NCBI GenBank assembly: GCA_964201555.1
Contig: CAXNFL010000002.1
Location: forward strand, 1-41,296
From: Kiritimatiellia bacterium
GTDB taxonomy: Bacteria > Verrucomicrobiota > Kiritimatiellia > CAIKKV01
DNA length: 41,296 nt
Direction of reading: 5' to 3'
Shown here: positions 8,092 to 16,067 of the stretch, one piece after another
How the letters are laid out: each line of letters opens with the position of its first letter
Numbering within the stretch: the first letter of the stretch is position 1
Made by a program: the position numbers and the translations under genes
The notes under the pieces: model-generated
Told to the model about the DNA's origin: nothing
The model's input: only the letters and a program-made list of their open reading frames with translations
Databases searched by the model: none

Positions 8092-9510
8092 ATGAATCTT
8101 TCTAAAACAACGAACGGGATGTGGCGGTGGATCGGCGGCAGTTTGCTGGCCCTGGGCGTGGCGGCCCAAGCGGAACCCCAGACGAAGACCCGCGTGCTCG
8201 ACAAGACCACGGAGCGCAATCCGAATTCCGCGGTACGAGTCACGACCCGGACCTACGATATGCAGTCGCGGACGACGGCCGACAACGGACGATGGCAGAC
8301 CACCCAGTCCGGCACCCAGATGAAGACCACGGAAACGGACCTGCGTGGCGAATGGGACGAGAACCGGTGGGAAGGGGAGTCCGGGCTCAAGAACGACACC
8401 AGGGCCAAGATCCAGGCTCGCCTGGGGAATTCGACCTCTCAATCATTGGGAACAACGAAGCTGGAGGAGCCGGAGACGATCTGGCAAGGGGAAACAGGCC
8501 CTTCGTATCAGGAAACATTCAAGGGGAAGCTCGGAGCCGCCACGGTCAAGGCCAGCGCCGGCGCCGAAGGTTCCGTTCGGGCTGGAGAAAATGGGTACGA
8601 GCTCAAGGGGCAGGCCGGGCTCGAGGCGGAGGTGAGGGGGACGACGCAAAAGCTGTCGATCGGCGACAAGGACCTGGGCGCCAGCCTGAAGGGCAGCGGG
8701 CGGCTGGAAGCCTCGGCCATTGCCAAGGGGCGGTTGGGCGGCTACGTGGACGACAAGGGAATTACGTTTGGCGCGGAGGGATCGGCCGGGGTGTATGTGA
8801 AAGGCGAATTGAAGATGAACATGGAAGCCCACGTGTTCGGGGTTAAGACGAATGTGAACCTGGTGGCATCGGGCTATGCCGGCGCCTTGGCCGAGGGCAA
8901 GGCCGTGGTGACGCTGGGCTGGAACGGCAAGGTGTCGTTCATGGCCAGCCTGGGCGCCTCTCTTGGTTTCGGCGGCGGGCTGGCCGTGGAGTTCGAGGTG
9001 GACGCGGATGAGCTGATGAAGAAGCTCAACTTCACCGATGTTGCCCAGTTGCTGGAGTGGATGAAAGAGTTCCAGGAAAATCCCAAGCCGGTGCTCGCCA
9101 AGCTTGGCATTCAGGCGTTGCGGAAATTGCATGAATCCGGATTCGGTCTGCTGAAGAAGCTGGGCTCCCAAGGAGCGTCAATTTTTGAAAAACAAGTGAT
9201 GAGTCCCCTCCAGAAAGCGGGCGGCAGCGTGAAGGAGGGCGTGGGGAAAGGGCTGGCTTTTATCGGGCGACTGATCCATGCGCCCCGCGGCGAAGCGGAG
9301 AATGTCGCCGTGAACACCTGTCTCCAACAGGCGGAAGAGGTGTCCGGCACGCTGGCGCAGAGTCAGGCGGGGCAAAGCTCCATGGAGTTTCCGCTGTGCC
9401 TGATGGACCTGCTGATGGGGGTGACCGGCATCAAGGACTGGGAAGGGTTCGACCCCTATCTATGGTTCCCCTTCGATTGGCCGTCCTCGTATAACTGGCC
9501 GAGCCTCTAA
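8092..9510 (+). CDS. secreted hypothetical protein, Gly/Ala-rich beta-repeat core; orphan member of the tad operon
   Basis: Signal peptide (WIGGSLLALGVAAQAE). No family motif that I recognise. ATG 8092 is 6 nt after AGGAG, whereas the track start 8086 abuts the RBS. It lies on the same strand between the TPR gene and tadB. Confidence 0.6.
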   Translation: MNLSKTTNGMWRWIGGSLLALGVAAQAEPQTKTRVLDKTTERNPNSAVRVTTRTYDMQSRTTADNGRWQTTQSGTQMKTTETDLRGEWDENRWEGESGLKNDTRAKIQARLGNSTSQSLGTTKLEEPETIWQGETGPSYQETFKGKLGAATVKASAGAEGSVRAGENGYELKGQAGLEAEVRGTTQKLSIGDKDLGASLKGSGRLEASAIAKGRLGGYVDDKGITFGAEGSAGVYVKGELKMNMEAHVFGVKTNVNLVASGYAGALAEGKAVVTLGWNGKVSFMASLGASLGFGGGLAVEFEVDADELMKKLNFTDVAQLLEWMKEFQENPKPVLAKLGIQALRKLHESGFGLLKKLGSQGASIFEKQVMSPLQKAGGSVKEGVGKGLAFIGRLIHAPRGEAENVAVNTCLQQAEEVSGTLAQSQAGQSSMEFPLCLMDLLMGVTGIKDWEGFDPYLWFPFDWPSSYNWPSL

Positions 9511-9523
9511 CAGGAGATAATCA

Positions 9524-10360
9524 ATGAACCTGAGCATATGGGATCTGGGAATCTGGGCGGTCGCCTTCATCGGCGCCTGGGTGATCGTGCCGTGCGTCTG
9601 GACGATGATCCGCGAGACGGCCGCCTCGGCGGCGGATGGATTTGGTCGCGAGCGGCTTCCCGTTGGAGAGCGGGTGATTTTGGCCTGTATTGGAGCGGGC
9701 GGGGCGCTGGCCGGTTTCGGAGCGTGGGCGCTCACCCAGAGCGGTCTTTTTTCAGTTTTTACCATGGGCCTTGGGGTTATGGCGCCGGGCTGGGCTCTGG
9801 CCAGCTACCAGTCGTGGCGCCGCCGCCGCTTTCACCAGCAGTTCATGGACGTGCTGCTGATGATCGCCAACTCGCTGCGGGCCGGATTCAACCTCAGCCA
9901 GGCCGTTGACATCGTGGCGCGCGAAATGCCGGCTCCGGCCCGGGAGGAGTTTGCGCGGGTCATGCGGGACCGGGACCTGGGCATGTCGCTGGACGAAGGG
10001 CTGGAGCGCATGGCCGCCCGGATGGACGGCGAGAGCGTGCGCATTTTCGTGACCGCCCTTCAGGTGGGCCGGCAGACCGGCGGCGACTTGACCCGCATTC
10101 TGGACGGGCTGGTCAAAATGATCCGCGAGCGCGAACGCGTGGAAGATCGCGTGCGGACGATGACGTCGGAGACCCGCTTCCAGGGCTACACCCTGGCGGC
10201 GCTGCCGTACCTGTTGTTGATCGGCTGGTTCTGCCTGGATCCGGACGGGGTGCGCAACGTGTTTTCGACGGTGTGGGGGAAGGGGCTGCTGGTGGCGGGG
10301 ACGACCTTCAACGGGTTGGCCCTGATGGTGATACGGAATATGGCGTCGGTGAAAATCTAA
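9524..10360 (+). CDS. tadB: TadB (T2SS-F family inner-membrane platform protein)
   Basis: T2SSF-domain-like segment LLMIANSLRAGFNLSQAVDIVAREMPAPAREEFARVMRDRDLGMSLDEGLERMAARM, with flanking TM helices. Confidence 0.8.
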   Translation: MNLSIWDLGIWAVAFIGAWVIVPCVWTMIRETAASAADGFGRERLPVGERVILACIGAGGALAGFGAWALTQSGLFSVFTMGLGVMAPGWALASYQSWRRRRFHQQFMDVLLMIANSLRAGFNLSQAVDIVAREMPAPAREEFARVMRDRDLGMSLDEGLERMAARMDGESVRIFVTALQVGRQTGGDLTRILDGLVKMIRERERVEDRVRTMTSETRFQGYTLAALPYLLLIGWFCLDPDGVRNVFSTVWGKGLLVAGTTFNGLALMVIRNMASVKI

Positions 10361-10371
10361 GGAGTCCAATC

Positions 10372-11250
10372 ATGCAGAACGTATTTTGTGAATTATCGGT
10401 CTTGTGCGTGACGGTGGCCACGGGCGCCGCGGCTTATGGAATGATGACGGCCATGACGGCTGAGCCCCAGGTGACGCGTCCGGCGGGCGAGCAGCCGCCT
10501 TTGTTTGCGGCTCTTCGTCCGGGCTTCCTTCTGTTCGCTCCCTTGTCCAACCGGATTCTCCGCGCCTGGCCGGCCCTGGAGCGGTGGATCCAGGGCAACC
10601 TCACGGCCGCGGGATTCGGGCATGTGGTGCGGCCGGACGAGTATATGTCGATCCGGTTTGTCCTGGCCCTGCTCCTGGCTGTGGCCGGCCTGCCGTTCGG
10701 CGGCGCCATCCATGCCGGGCTCGTGGTGCTGGGGCTGGTCTTCCCGGATCTGTGGATTCTCGGCGCCATTCAGGAGCGGCACGCCGCCGTGAGATGCTCC
10801 ATGCCCTATGTGGTGGATTTGCTGGCTCTGTGTACGCTCGCGGGGCTTGAGTTCGGATCCGCCATCGACCGCGTGCTGGCGAAGATCGCGGGCGGCCCCC
10901 TGAAGGAAGAGCTGCAATTGGCTCGCCGCGATATGGCACTGGGCCGCTCGCTGTCGGGTTCGCTCCAGGAAATGGCGAAGCGGATCCGGATGGCGGAGAT
11001 GACCAGCTTCGTGGCCATTCTTTGCCAAGGCCTCGATCTTGGCGCGGGTGTGGCGCAGGTGCTGGCCGCCCAGGCGGAAAAGATGCGCCTTGAGCGCATG
11101 GAGAAAGCCGAGCGGTCCGGCGCCCAGGCCCAGCAGAAAATCCTGCTGCCTTTGCTGCTGCTGATGGTTCCCGCTTTCGCCTGCCTCGTGTTCATTCCGC
11201 TGTTGATGAGTCAGGCAAAAACCTATTTGGCCGGCTTCGGGGGCATATAA
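10372..11250 (+). CDS. tadC: TadC (T2SS-F family inner-membrane platform protein)
   Basis: Internal ATG 10372, preceded by AAGGAG, within ORF 10273..11250. T2SSF-like segment VVDLLALCTLAGLEFGSAIDRVLAKIAGGPLKEELQLARRDMALGRSLSGSLQEMAKRI. Confidence 0.8.
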   Translation: MQNVFCELSVLCVTVATGAAAYGMMTAMTAEPQVTRPAGEQPPLFAALRPGFLLFAPLSNRILRAWPALERWIQGNLTAAGFGHVVRPDEYMSIRFVLALLLAVAGLPFGGAIHAGLVVLGLVFPDLWILGAIQERHAAVRCSMPYVVDLLALCTLAGLEFGSAIDRVLAKIAGGPLKEELQLARRDMALGRSLSGSLQEMAKRIRMAEMTSFVAILCQGLDLGAGVAQVLAAQAEKMRLERMEKAERSGAQAQQKILLPLLLLMVPAFACLVFIPLLMSQAKTYLAGFGGI

Positions 11251-11266
11251 AATAAAGGAGGATGTC

Positions 11267-12028
11267 ATGGAAAAGTTGATTCAAATCGATGTCGTGAAGG
11301 GCCCCGAGAAGGGCAAGATTTTCCAGGTGCCAGTGGATGGCTTTTCGATTGGCCGTTCGATTGAGCCGGCCGAGGTCACCTGCGCCTTGATGGCTGATAT
11401 CAGCGTCTCTCGCCGCCATGCCGTGGGGCGGGTGGAAGGGGATCGCGTGGTGCTGGAGGATTGGCCGGGCCATCCCAGCAAGGCGGGGATTGTGGTGGGC
11501 GGTCGGCGCGTGAGCGCGACGACCGTGGCGGCCGGCGAGCCGGTCACGCTCGGCCGGACGACGCTGGCTTTCCGGTGGCCGGGCCGGAGGCGGGGGCTGG
11601 AGGTGAAGGTTCCGCCCGTTTGGCGCCGGTGGTTGGGCGTGCTGGCGGTGCTGATCGTGACGGTGGCGGGTGCGGCGGCGTGGTCGGGGCGCGCGGGGGG
11701 CGCTTCGGAAGCGGCTCCCACGGCGATGGAGAAGGCGTGGACCGCGCGCTGTGGCGGCGACCTGCAGGACGCGCTCAAAACGTTGCGGGAATCGCCCGAA
11801 TCGGCCGACCGCAGTGAAGGGCGGCAGGCCCTGCAGCGGGAGTGCCAGCGGTATTCCAAGCTGTTTGAAACCCCGAAGCGCCTCGAGGAGTCGCTGCGCC
11901 TGGACGAGGCGCGCGATGCCTGGGCGAAGGTGGCGCTGGATATGCAGCCCAACGATCCGCTGCGCACCTGGGTGGAGACCGGATGCGTGGCAAGGCTGTC
12001 CCGGCAATTAGCAGAGCTAAGGCCATGA
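11267..12028 (+). CDS. FHA-domain protein with a single TM helix and a periplasmic helical tail
   Basis: FHA signature pieces are SIGRS...DISVSRRHAVGRVEGDRVVLED...VTLGRTTLAF. The TM helix is WLGVLAVLIVTVAGAAAW. It is the last gene of the tad operon, with its RBS 17 nt after tadC. Confidence 0.7.
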   Translation: MEKLIQIDVVKGPEKGKIFQVPVDGFSIGRSIEPAEVTCALMADISVSRRHAVGRVEGDRVVLEDWPGHPSKAGIVVGGRRVSATTVAAGEPVTLGRTTLAFRWPGRRRGLEVKVPPVWRRWLGVLAVLIVTVAGAAAWSGRAGGASEAAPTAMEKAWTARCGGDLQDALKTLRESPESADRSEGRQALQRECQRYSKLFETPKRLEESLRLDEARDAWAKVALDMQPNDPLRTWVETGCVARLSRQLAELRP

Positions 12029-12120
12029 ATGTTTTCGAGGCTGTAAGTCGAGGTTAGGAGTTGATCGCCGGAGGGATTTGCCTTACCATTTAATTTTAGA
12101 AACATAAGCAGGGGGAATGG

Positions 12121-12840
12121 ATGAAGCGATGGTTGACTCTTGTTATTCTGGCGGTAGCGGCAGGCGGGGCTCAAGGCGTGACCGTTCTGGACTATGGGGA
12201 TAACTTCAATGACGGAGCGATGAACACAAACTTGTGGGATTCTTTCTATAACAAATCCCATTTGGTTGAGATGAACGGTCGACTGTACCCCGATTCGGAT
12301 TACCCGGACACGCTTGAGTATGACAACTGGATATTCAAGTCCAAGCTTGTCATGAGGCCGGGAGATTCCATCCAGGTTCAGGCAACTGTGAACATGCCGC
12401 AACTGGATATTGGAACCTCTCCCTCCGCCTGGGCTTCCCTGAAAATCGGCCTGATCAACGCCATTTCCACAAAGGAAACTTTTCTGGAAATCAAGCAGGC
12501 CAATACGGGAGGTCGGGAGTTTCTTTGTTATTCATTTGTTTCGGGCGGTGCGCTGACCCCAAAAGCATACCCGGTTCCGGCGGGCATTTCGAAGTTTTTC
12601 CTGAAAATCCAGTACACCGTCTTGACCGGCAAGGCGACTTACTGGGTTCGGGAGTCGCTTCAGGTTCCCTGGCGGAAATTAGCCGTCATCAAGATGAATG
12701 AATCCTGGGGCGTACCCGTGGGCAACAAGATCAGGCTGCGTCCTGTCGTGTCTTTTCACGCCACCTCAACGACGGGCGTCAGCCCCGACTCAAAGGCCTA
12801 TATCGATAATTTCCTGGTGACGAAAATCTCCGCTGATTGA
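12121..12840 (+). CDS. small secreted hypothetical protein (possibly a ConA/LamG-like beta-sandwich)
   Basis: Signal peptide MKRWLTLVILAVAAGGAQG. The sequence is beta-rich. By eye the DNA is visibly more AT-rich than the tad operon. Confidence 0.55.
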   Translation: MKRWLTLVILAVAAGGAQGVTVLDYGDNFNDGAMNTNLWDSFYNKSHLVEMNGRLYPDSDYPDTLEYDNWIFKSKLVMRPGDSIQVQATVNMPQLDIGTSPSAWASLKIGLINAISTKETFLEIKQANTGGREFLCYSFVSGGALTPKAYPVPAGISKFFLKIQYTVLTGKATYWVRESLQVPWRKLAVIKMNESWGVPVGNKIRLRPVVSFHATSTTGVSPDSKAYIDNFLVTKISAD

Positions 12841-12881
12841 GTCGTTAATTCAGCTGCGTTGTAAGGATTGAGTCTGAGCCT

Positions 12882-14906
12882 TTATATTATCAGGGTCAGG
12901 CTGGAGCCCGCATAGTCCCGCGCCGGCAGGGAGACGGTTGCCTCGGCGGAATGACGGCCCGCCAGGCGGACGGTGAGCAGGCCGTCCTGCTGCTCGGGCT
13001 GTGACAGGGTGAGGATTCGGCGGCCGTCGCCGGCCGGTCGATAGAGAAGGAGGCAGGGCCTGTTGACCGCGATCTGCAGGCCGTCCGGAAAGTCAACCGC
13101 TCCGGTTTCGTAAAAGACCGCCTGGCCGAGCGAGTCCGGGGCGTGCCACACCGCCTGGAGGGCCGGGACATTTTTTAAAATAACAAAGCGGCCCGGGTCC
13201 CCGGTGAAAACGGAAGAGGCCTCCTTGCCGGGCAGCACGGCATAGGCGTACGTGGCGCCGGCGGGTTGCACCCCGTGCTCGAGTCCGGCATTCATGACCG
13301 GCCGCGTGACGGGATCCGGCGATTCCACGCCGCAATCGCTCCACGCTCCGGTCTGCCGCTCCATCCTCAAGGCCCCCGTGCCATCGAAGATCCGGTAGAG
13401 GATGCCGTCGTGCCAGAAGGCGGAGCCCGCCGCCAGGGGATAAGACCCTTCGGCCAGGGGCTTTTCCTGTCCGGCCACGAAGAGGGGGCCGCGCCAATGG
13501 CATTGGTTGAGCGTGGTGCACACGGGCGCCTGACTGGACGACGTGATGCCGCAGCCGAGGGCCAGCAGCCCTTCATCGAACAGGAACCACGCCTTCCGGG
13601 CCTTTAAATCAAAGCGTGAAAAGTTCATGGCCGCGCAGCCGATGGCGCCGTCCGAGGCGCCCCCCGCAAAGGCGTTTTCCCCCGGTCGGCGCAAGGTTTC
13701 AGGATCGAAGGGGCCGGTCTCCTGCTCGACGGTGGCGCCCGGAATCTGCCGCCAGTTCCAGACGGGGAATAGGTCGCGGTATTCGTTGCCGTCGCGCATG
13801 ATCATGGTGACGCCATCCGCCATATGGTGGCACAGGCGCCCTTCGCCCCCGCAGCAGGCCATGTCGGTGTTGAGAATCCGGCGGCTTGGCATGCGCACGG
13901 AGATGTAGTAGCCCGGGCGGTGCTGGGTCATGAGGTCTGAGCGCCAGAAGTGCCGGTTGCCGCTGACGAGGGAGAGTCCCCTGGCCGGATCGAGGGCGGC
14001 GGAGGCCTGTGTTTCAGCCTGACGCGGGTGCCCGACGGCGGCGAGGTGGCGCAGGCCTTCGAAAAACAGGTGGGCGCTATGGCCCTGGCGGCTGATTTCG
14101 CGGCCCACGGTGACCGGGTCGAACGTGTTGCCGCGGATCATCCAGCGGGAGCCGTCGAGCATGAAGCGGGCGAAACGGTCGACAAGAAGCGGGGAGAAGG
14201 CGTAGGCCGTCCCGGCAGAGAGGGCGATGAGGCGGCCGACATCGGCGGCGAAGACCCTCCCGTAGCCACCCGAGTAGAGCAGGCTGCCGTGCTGGTGAAA
14301 GCTCATATCGGGCTGCAGGCCCTCTTCGCCGGGCAGCACCCGGAGTTCGCGGCCAACGAGGATAAACCCGCGGGTGACGCGGGCGGCATTGCCGGTGAGA
14401 ATGCCATGGTAGATCGTGACTGTCGCGGTCCAGACCATGTTCTGGCCGGTGAAGCGGTCGATGGGTTCGTGGCAGAGGAAGGCGGGTTCGGCCCGGGTGA
14501 TATAGGAAGGCGCGCAGGCGCCTTTAATCCGCAGGAGGATATTGGCCAGCAGGAGGGGCGCCCCGATCTGGTTCCACCACCAGTTTGGATTCTGGGGGTC
14601 GCGGTGATACCATCCATCCAGGCCACGCAGGAGGGCGGAGAGAAGAGGGGCGGCGCCATGAAGGGGAGAGGAGGCGCAGTGCCAGGCGTGGGCCATGTGA
14701 TTCAGGCGAATCAAATGGATCTTGGCGCTCCAGTCCTTGAGGGAGTCGTTCGCGTAGTCGATATCCGCCCAGGAGCCGTCGGGAAGGAGCGTCGCCACCC
14801 AGGCTTCAATTTCCGGAGTTTCACATTCTTTTATGCCGGGCAGCGGAGGTTCCGCACACAGGCGCTCGCGGATCAGTTCGAGGTCGTCATGGCTGGTATC
14901 GGGCAT
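12882..14906 (-). CDS. polysaccharide lyase family 8-like (hyaluronate / chondroitin AC / xanthan lyase family)
   Basis: DMSFHQHGSLLYSGGYG matches the PL8 catalytic His-N9-Tyr block (compare DGSxxxH......Y.G.YG). NWWWNQIGAPLLLANILL fits the alpha-toroid domain. No signal peptide is present. Confidence 0.65.
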   Translation of the reverse strand: MPDTSHDDLELIRERLCAEPPLPGIKECETPEIEAWVATLLPDGSWADIDYANDSLKDWSAKIHLIRLNHMAHAWHCASSPLHGAAPLLSALLRGLDGWYHRDPQNPNWWWNQIGAPLLLANILLRIKGACAPSYITRAEPAFLCHEPIDRFTGQNMVWTATVTIYHGILTGNAARVTRGFILVGRELRVLPGEEGLQPDMSFHQHGSLLYSGGYGRVFAADVGRLIALSAGTAYAFSPLLVDRFARFMLDGSRWMIRGNTFDPVTVGREISRQGHSAHLFFEGLRHLAAVGHPRQAETQASAALDPARGLSLVSGNRHFWRSDLMTQHRPGYYISVRMPSRRILNTDMACCGGEGRLCHHMADGVTMIMRDGNEYRDLFPVWNWRQIPGATVEQETGPFDPETLRRPGENAFAGGASDGAIGCAAMNFSRFDLKARKAWFLFDEGLLALGCGITSSSQAPVCTTLNQCHWRGPLFVAGQEKPLAEGSYPLAAGSAFWHDGILYRIFDGTGALRMERQTGAWSDCGVESPDPVTRPVMNAGLEHGVQPAGATYAYAVLPGKEASSVFTGDPGRFVILKNVPALQAVWHAPDSLGQAVFYETGAVDFPDGLQIAVNRPCLLLYRPAGDGRRILTLSQPEQQDGLLTVRLAGRHSAEATVSLPARDYAGSSLTLII

Positions 14907-14945
14907 GAGAGGCGTCCCCTGTATTTTGCATCGAGTCCGAATGGG

Positions 14946-15998
14946 TCAGCTGTTCAGGCTCAGCCGGGCGGCCAGCAGGGGCTCGAGGTGCTCGAAGTAG
15001 CATTCGGCGATCAGCTGCGAGCCGTAGGCGTTCGGGTGAAGGTCGCCTTTCAGGCCGTCGGGATTATCCGGCGGATTGGCGCGGCGGGACCGGCCGATCT
15101 TGTGATTCGGGTCGTTGTGCCAGTCCCAGTTCCCCGCTTTCGACAGATCCCGCATGAAGGAGGCCAGGTCGATCAGGGGCAGCTTCCGCTCGCGGGCCAC
15201 GGCTTCGGTCTGGCGGCTGAAAACCTCGGCCCCCGGGGCGGGGAGGGTGGTGGAAAGCACGATCTGGGCCTTGGGGAAGCGGCGCAGGATGCGGTCGCAG
15301 GCGTCGTTGAGCAGCGGGGTGAACGTCTCGGGCGGGACCTTCAGGTTCCGGTCGTTCAGACCGTAGCGGATCATGGCGATGTCGCACCGGGGCAGGGCCT
15401 GCAGTTCGCGATCGAGTCGGCCCGACTCCACGATGCGTTTCAGCGTTTCGCCGCCTTCGGCGAGGCCGTGCACGTCGATGCGGCTGTTTCCGAAGCGGTC
15501 CCGCAGCAATAATTCGAGGCGGCGCGTCAGCCGGTGCTCGGTCGGAAGGTAGCAGGTCATGTCGGTGCTGTCGCCGAAGACGGCGACCACGGCGTCGGCA
15601 TCGTCCGCCCACGGCTCCAGCGCCTCCACGCGCACGTTGCGGACAAAGAGGCGCCCCTTGGCGTGGAAGCGGACATGCAGTTCGGCCGTGCGCAGGTCGC
15701 CCCGGGCGCGGCAGTCGCAGCTCAGGGTGCGCCAGGGGGTGGTGCCGGTATCGGGGTAGAGGAACATATCCCAGAAGACGGGGCCTGTGGCGTATTCCAG
15801 GTTGAAGAAGATCACGGCTTCCATGCCGGGCGTGCCGGGGATGCCTTCCGCGCGGACCTCGGCGGAAATGCGCAGGGGGACGTTGGCGGGGCCCTGGAGG
15901 GAGAGTCGGCGGATCACGTCGGGGAGGGAGCTGCTTGGCTGGGGATTGTGCAGCTCGATCGGCTCCGTCCATTCAGCCAGGAGGCGGGGGGTCGTCAC
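14946..15998 (-). CDS. SGNH/GDSL hydrolase (carbohydrate esterase-like) with an N-terminal beta-domain
   Basis: Block I VVAVFGDSTD, block III IRYGLNDRN and block V GDLHPN are present. It lies 39 nt upstream of the PL8-like gene on the same strand. Confidence 0.7.
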   Translation of the reverse strand: MTTPRLLAEWTEPIELHNPQPSSSLPDVIRRLSLQGPANVPLRISAEVRAEGIPGTPGMEAVIFFNLEYATGPVFWDMFLYPDTGTTPWRTLSCDCRARGDLRTAELHVRFHAKGRLFVRNVRVEALEPWADDADAVVAVFGDSTDMTCYLPTEHRLTRRLELLLRDRFGNSRIDVHGLAEGGETLKRIVESGRLDRELQALPRCDIAMIRYGLNDRNLKVPPETFTPLLNDACDRILRRFPKAQIVLSTTLPAPGAEVFSRQTEAVARERKLPLIDLASFMRDLSKAGNWDWHNDPNHKIGRSRRANPPDNPDGLKGDLHPNAYGSQLIAECYFEHLEPLLAARLSLNS

Positions 15999-16031
15999 GG
16001 CGTTTCTCCATTGAGGGCATGGCCCGGTTGA

Positions 16032-16057
16032 TTCAGCGGAAAAGTATTGCCGCTGAA
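16032..16057 (-). terminator. hairpin downstream of dinB (weak terminator candidate)
   Basis: TTCAGCGG-N10-CCGCTGAA forms a perfect 8-bp stem 11 nt after the dinB stop. There is no clear U-tract. Confidence 0.3.
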
Positions 16058-16067
16058 CGACGCCCTG

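Noticed and set aside
10273-10371. Upstream extensions of track ORFs: tadC from 10273, GH20 from 19850, GRE from 33364, activase from 34992, RAYT from 28688, second tadE-like from 2436
   Set aside because: The extensions overlap the preceding genes or repeats and have junk-like translations. Internal ATG or GTG codons with good Shine-Dalgarno spacing coincide with the start of family homology.
13950-15512. 520-aa + strand ORF. The same pattern applies to 16047..17282 +, 17581..18642 -, 18654..19727 -, 19868..20761 -, 27113..28507 -, 30430..32133 +, 32178..33416 - and 33469..35520 -.
   Set aside because: Each is antisense to a CDS with clear catalytic motifs (PL8/SGNH, DinB, URO-D, ceramidase-like, GH20, oxidoreductase, ADH, GRE). 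They are shadow ORFs.
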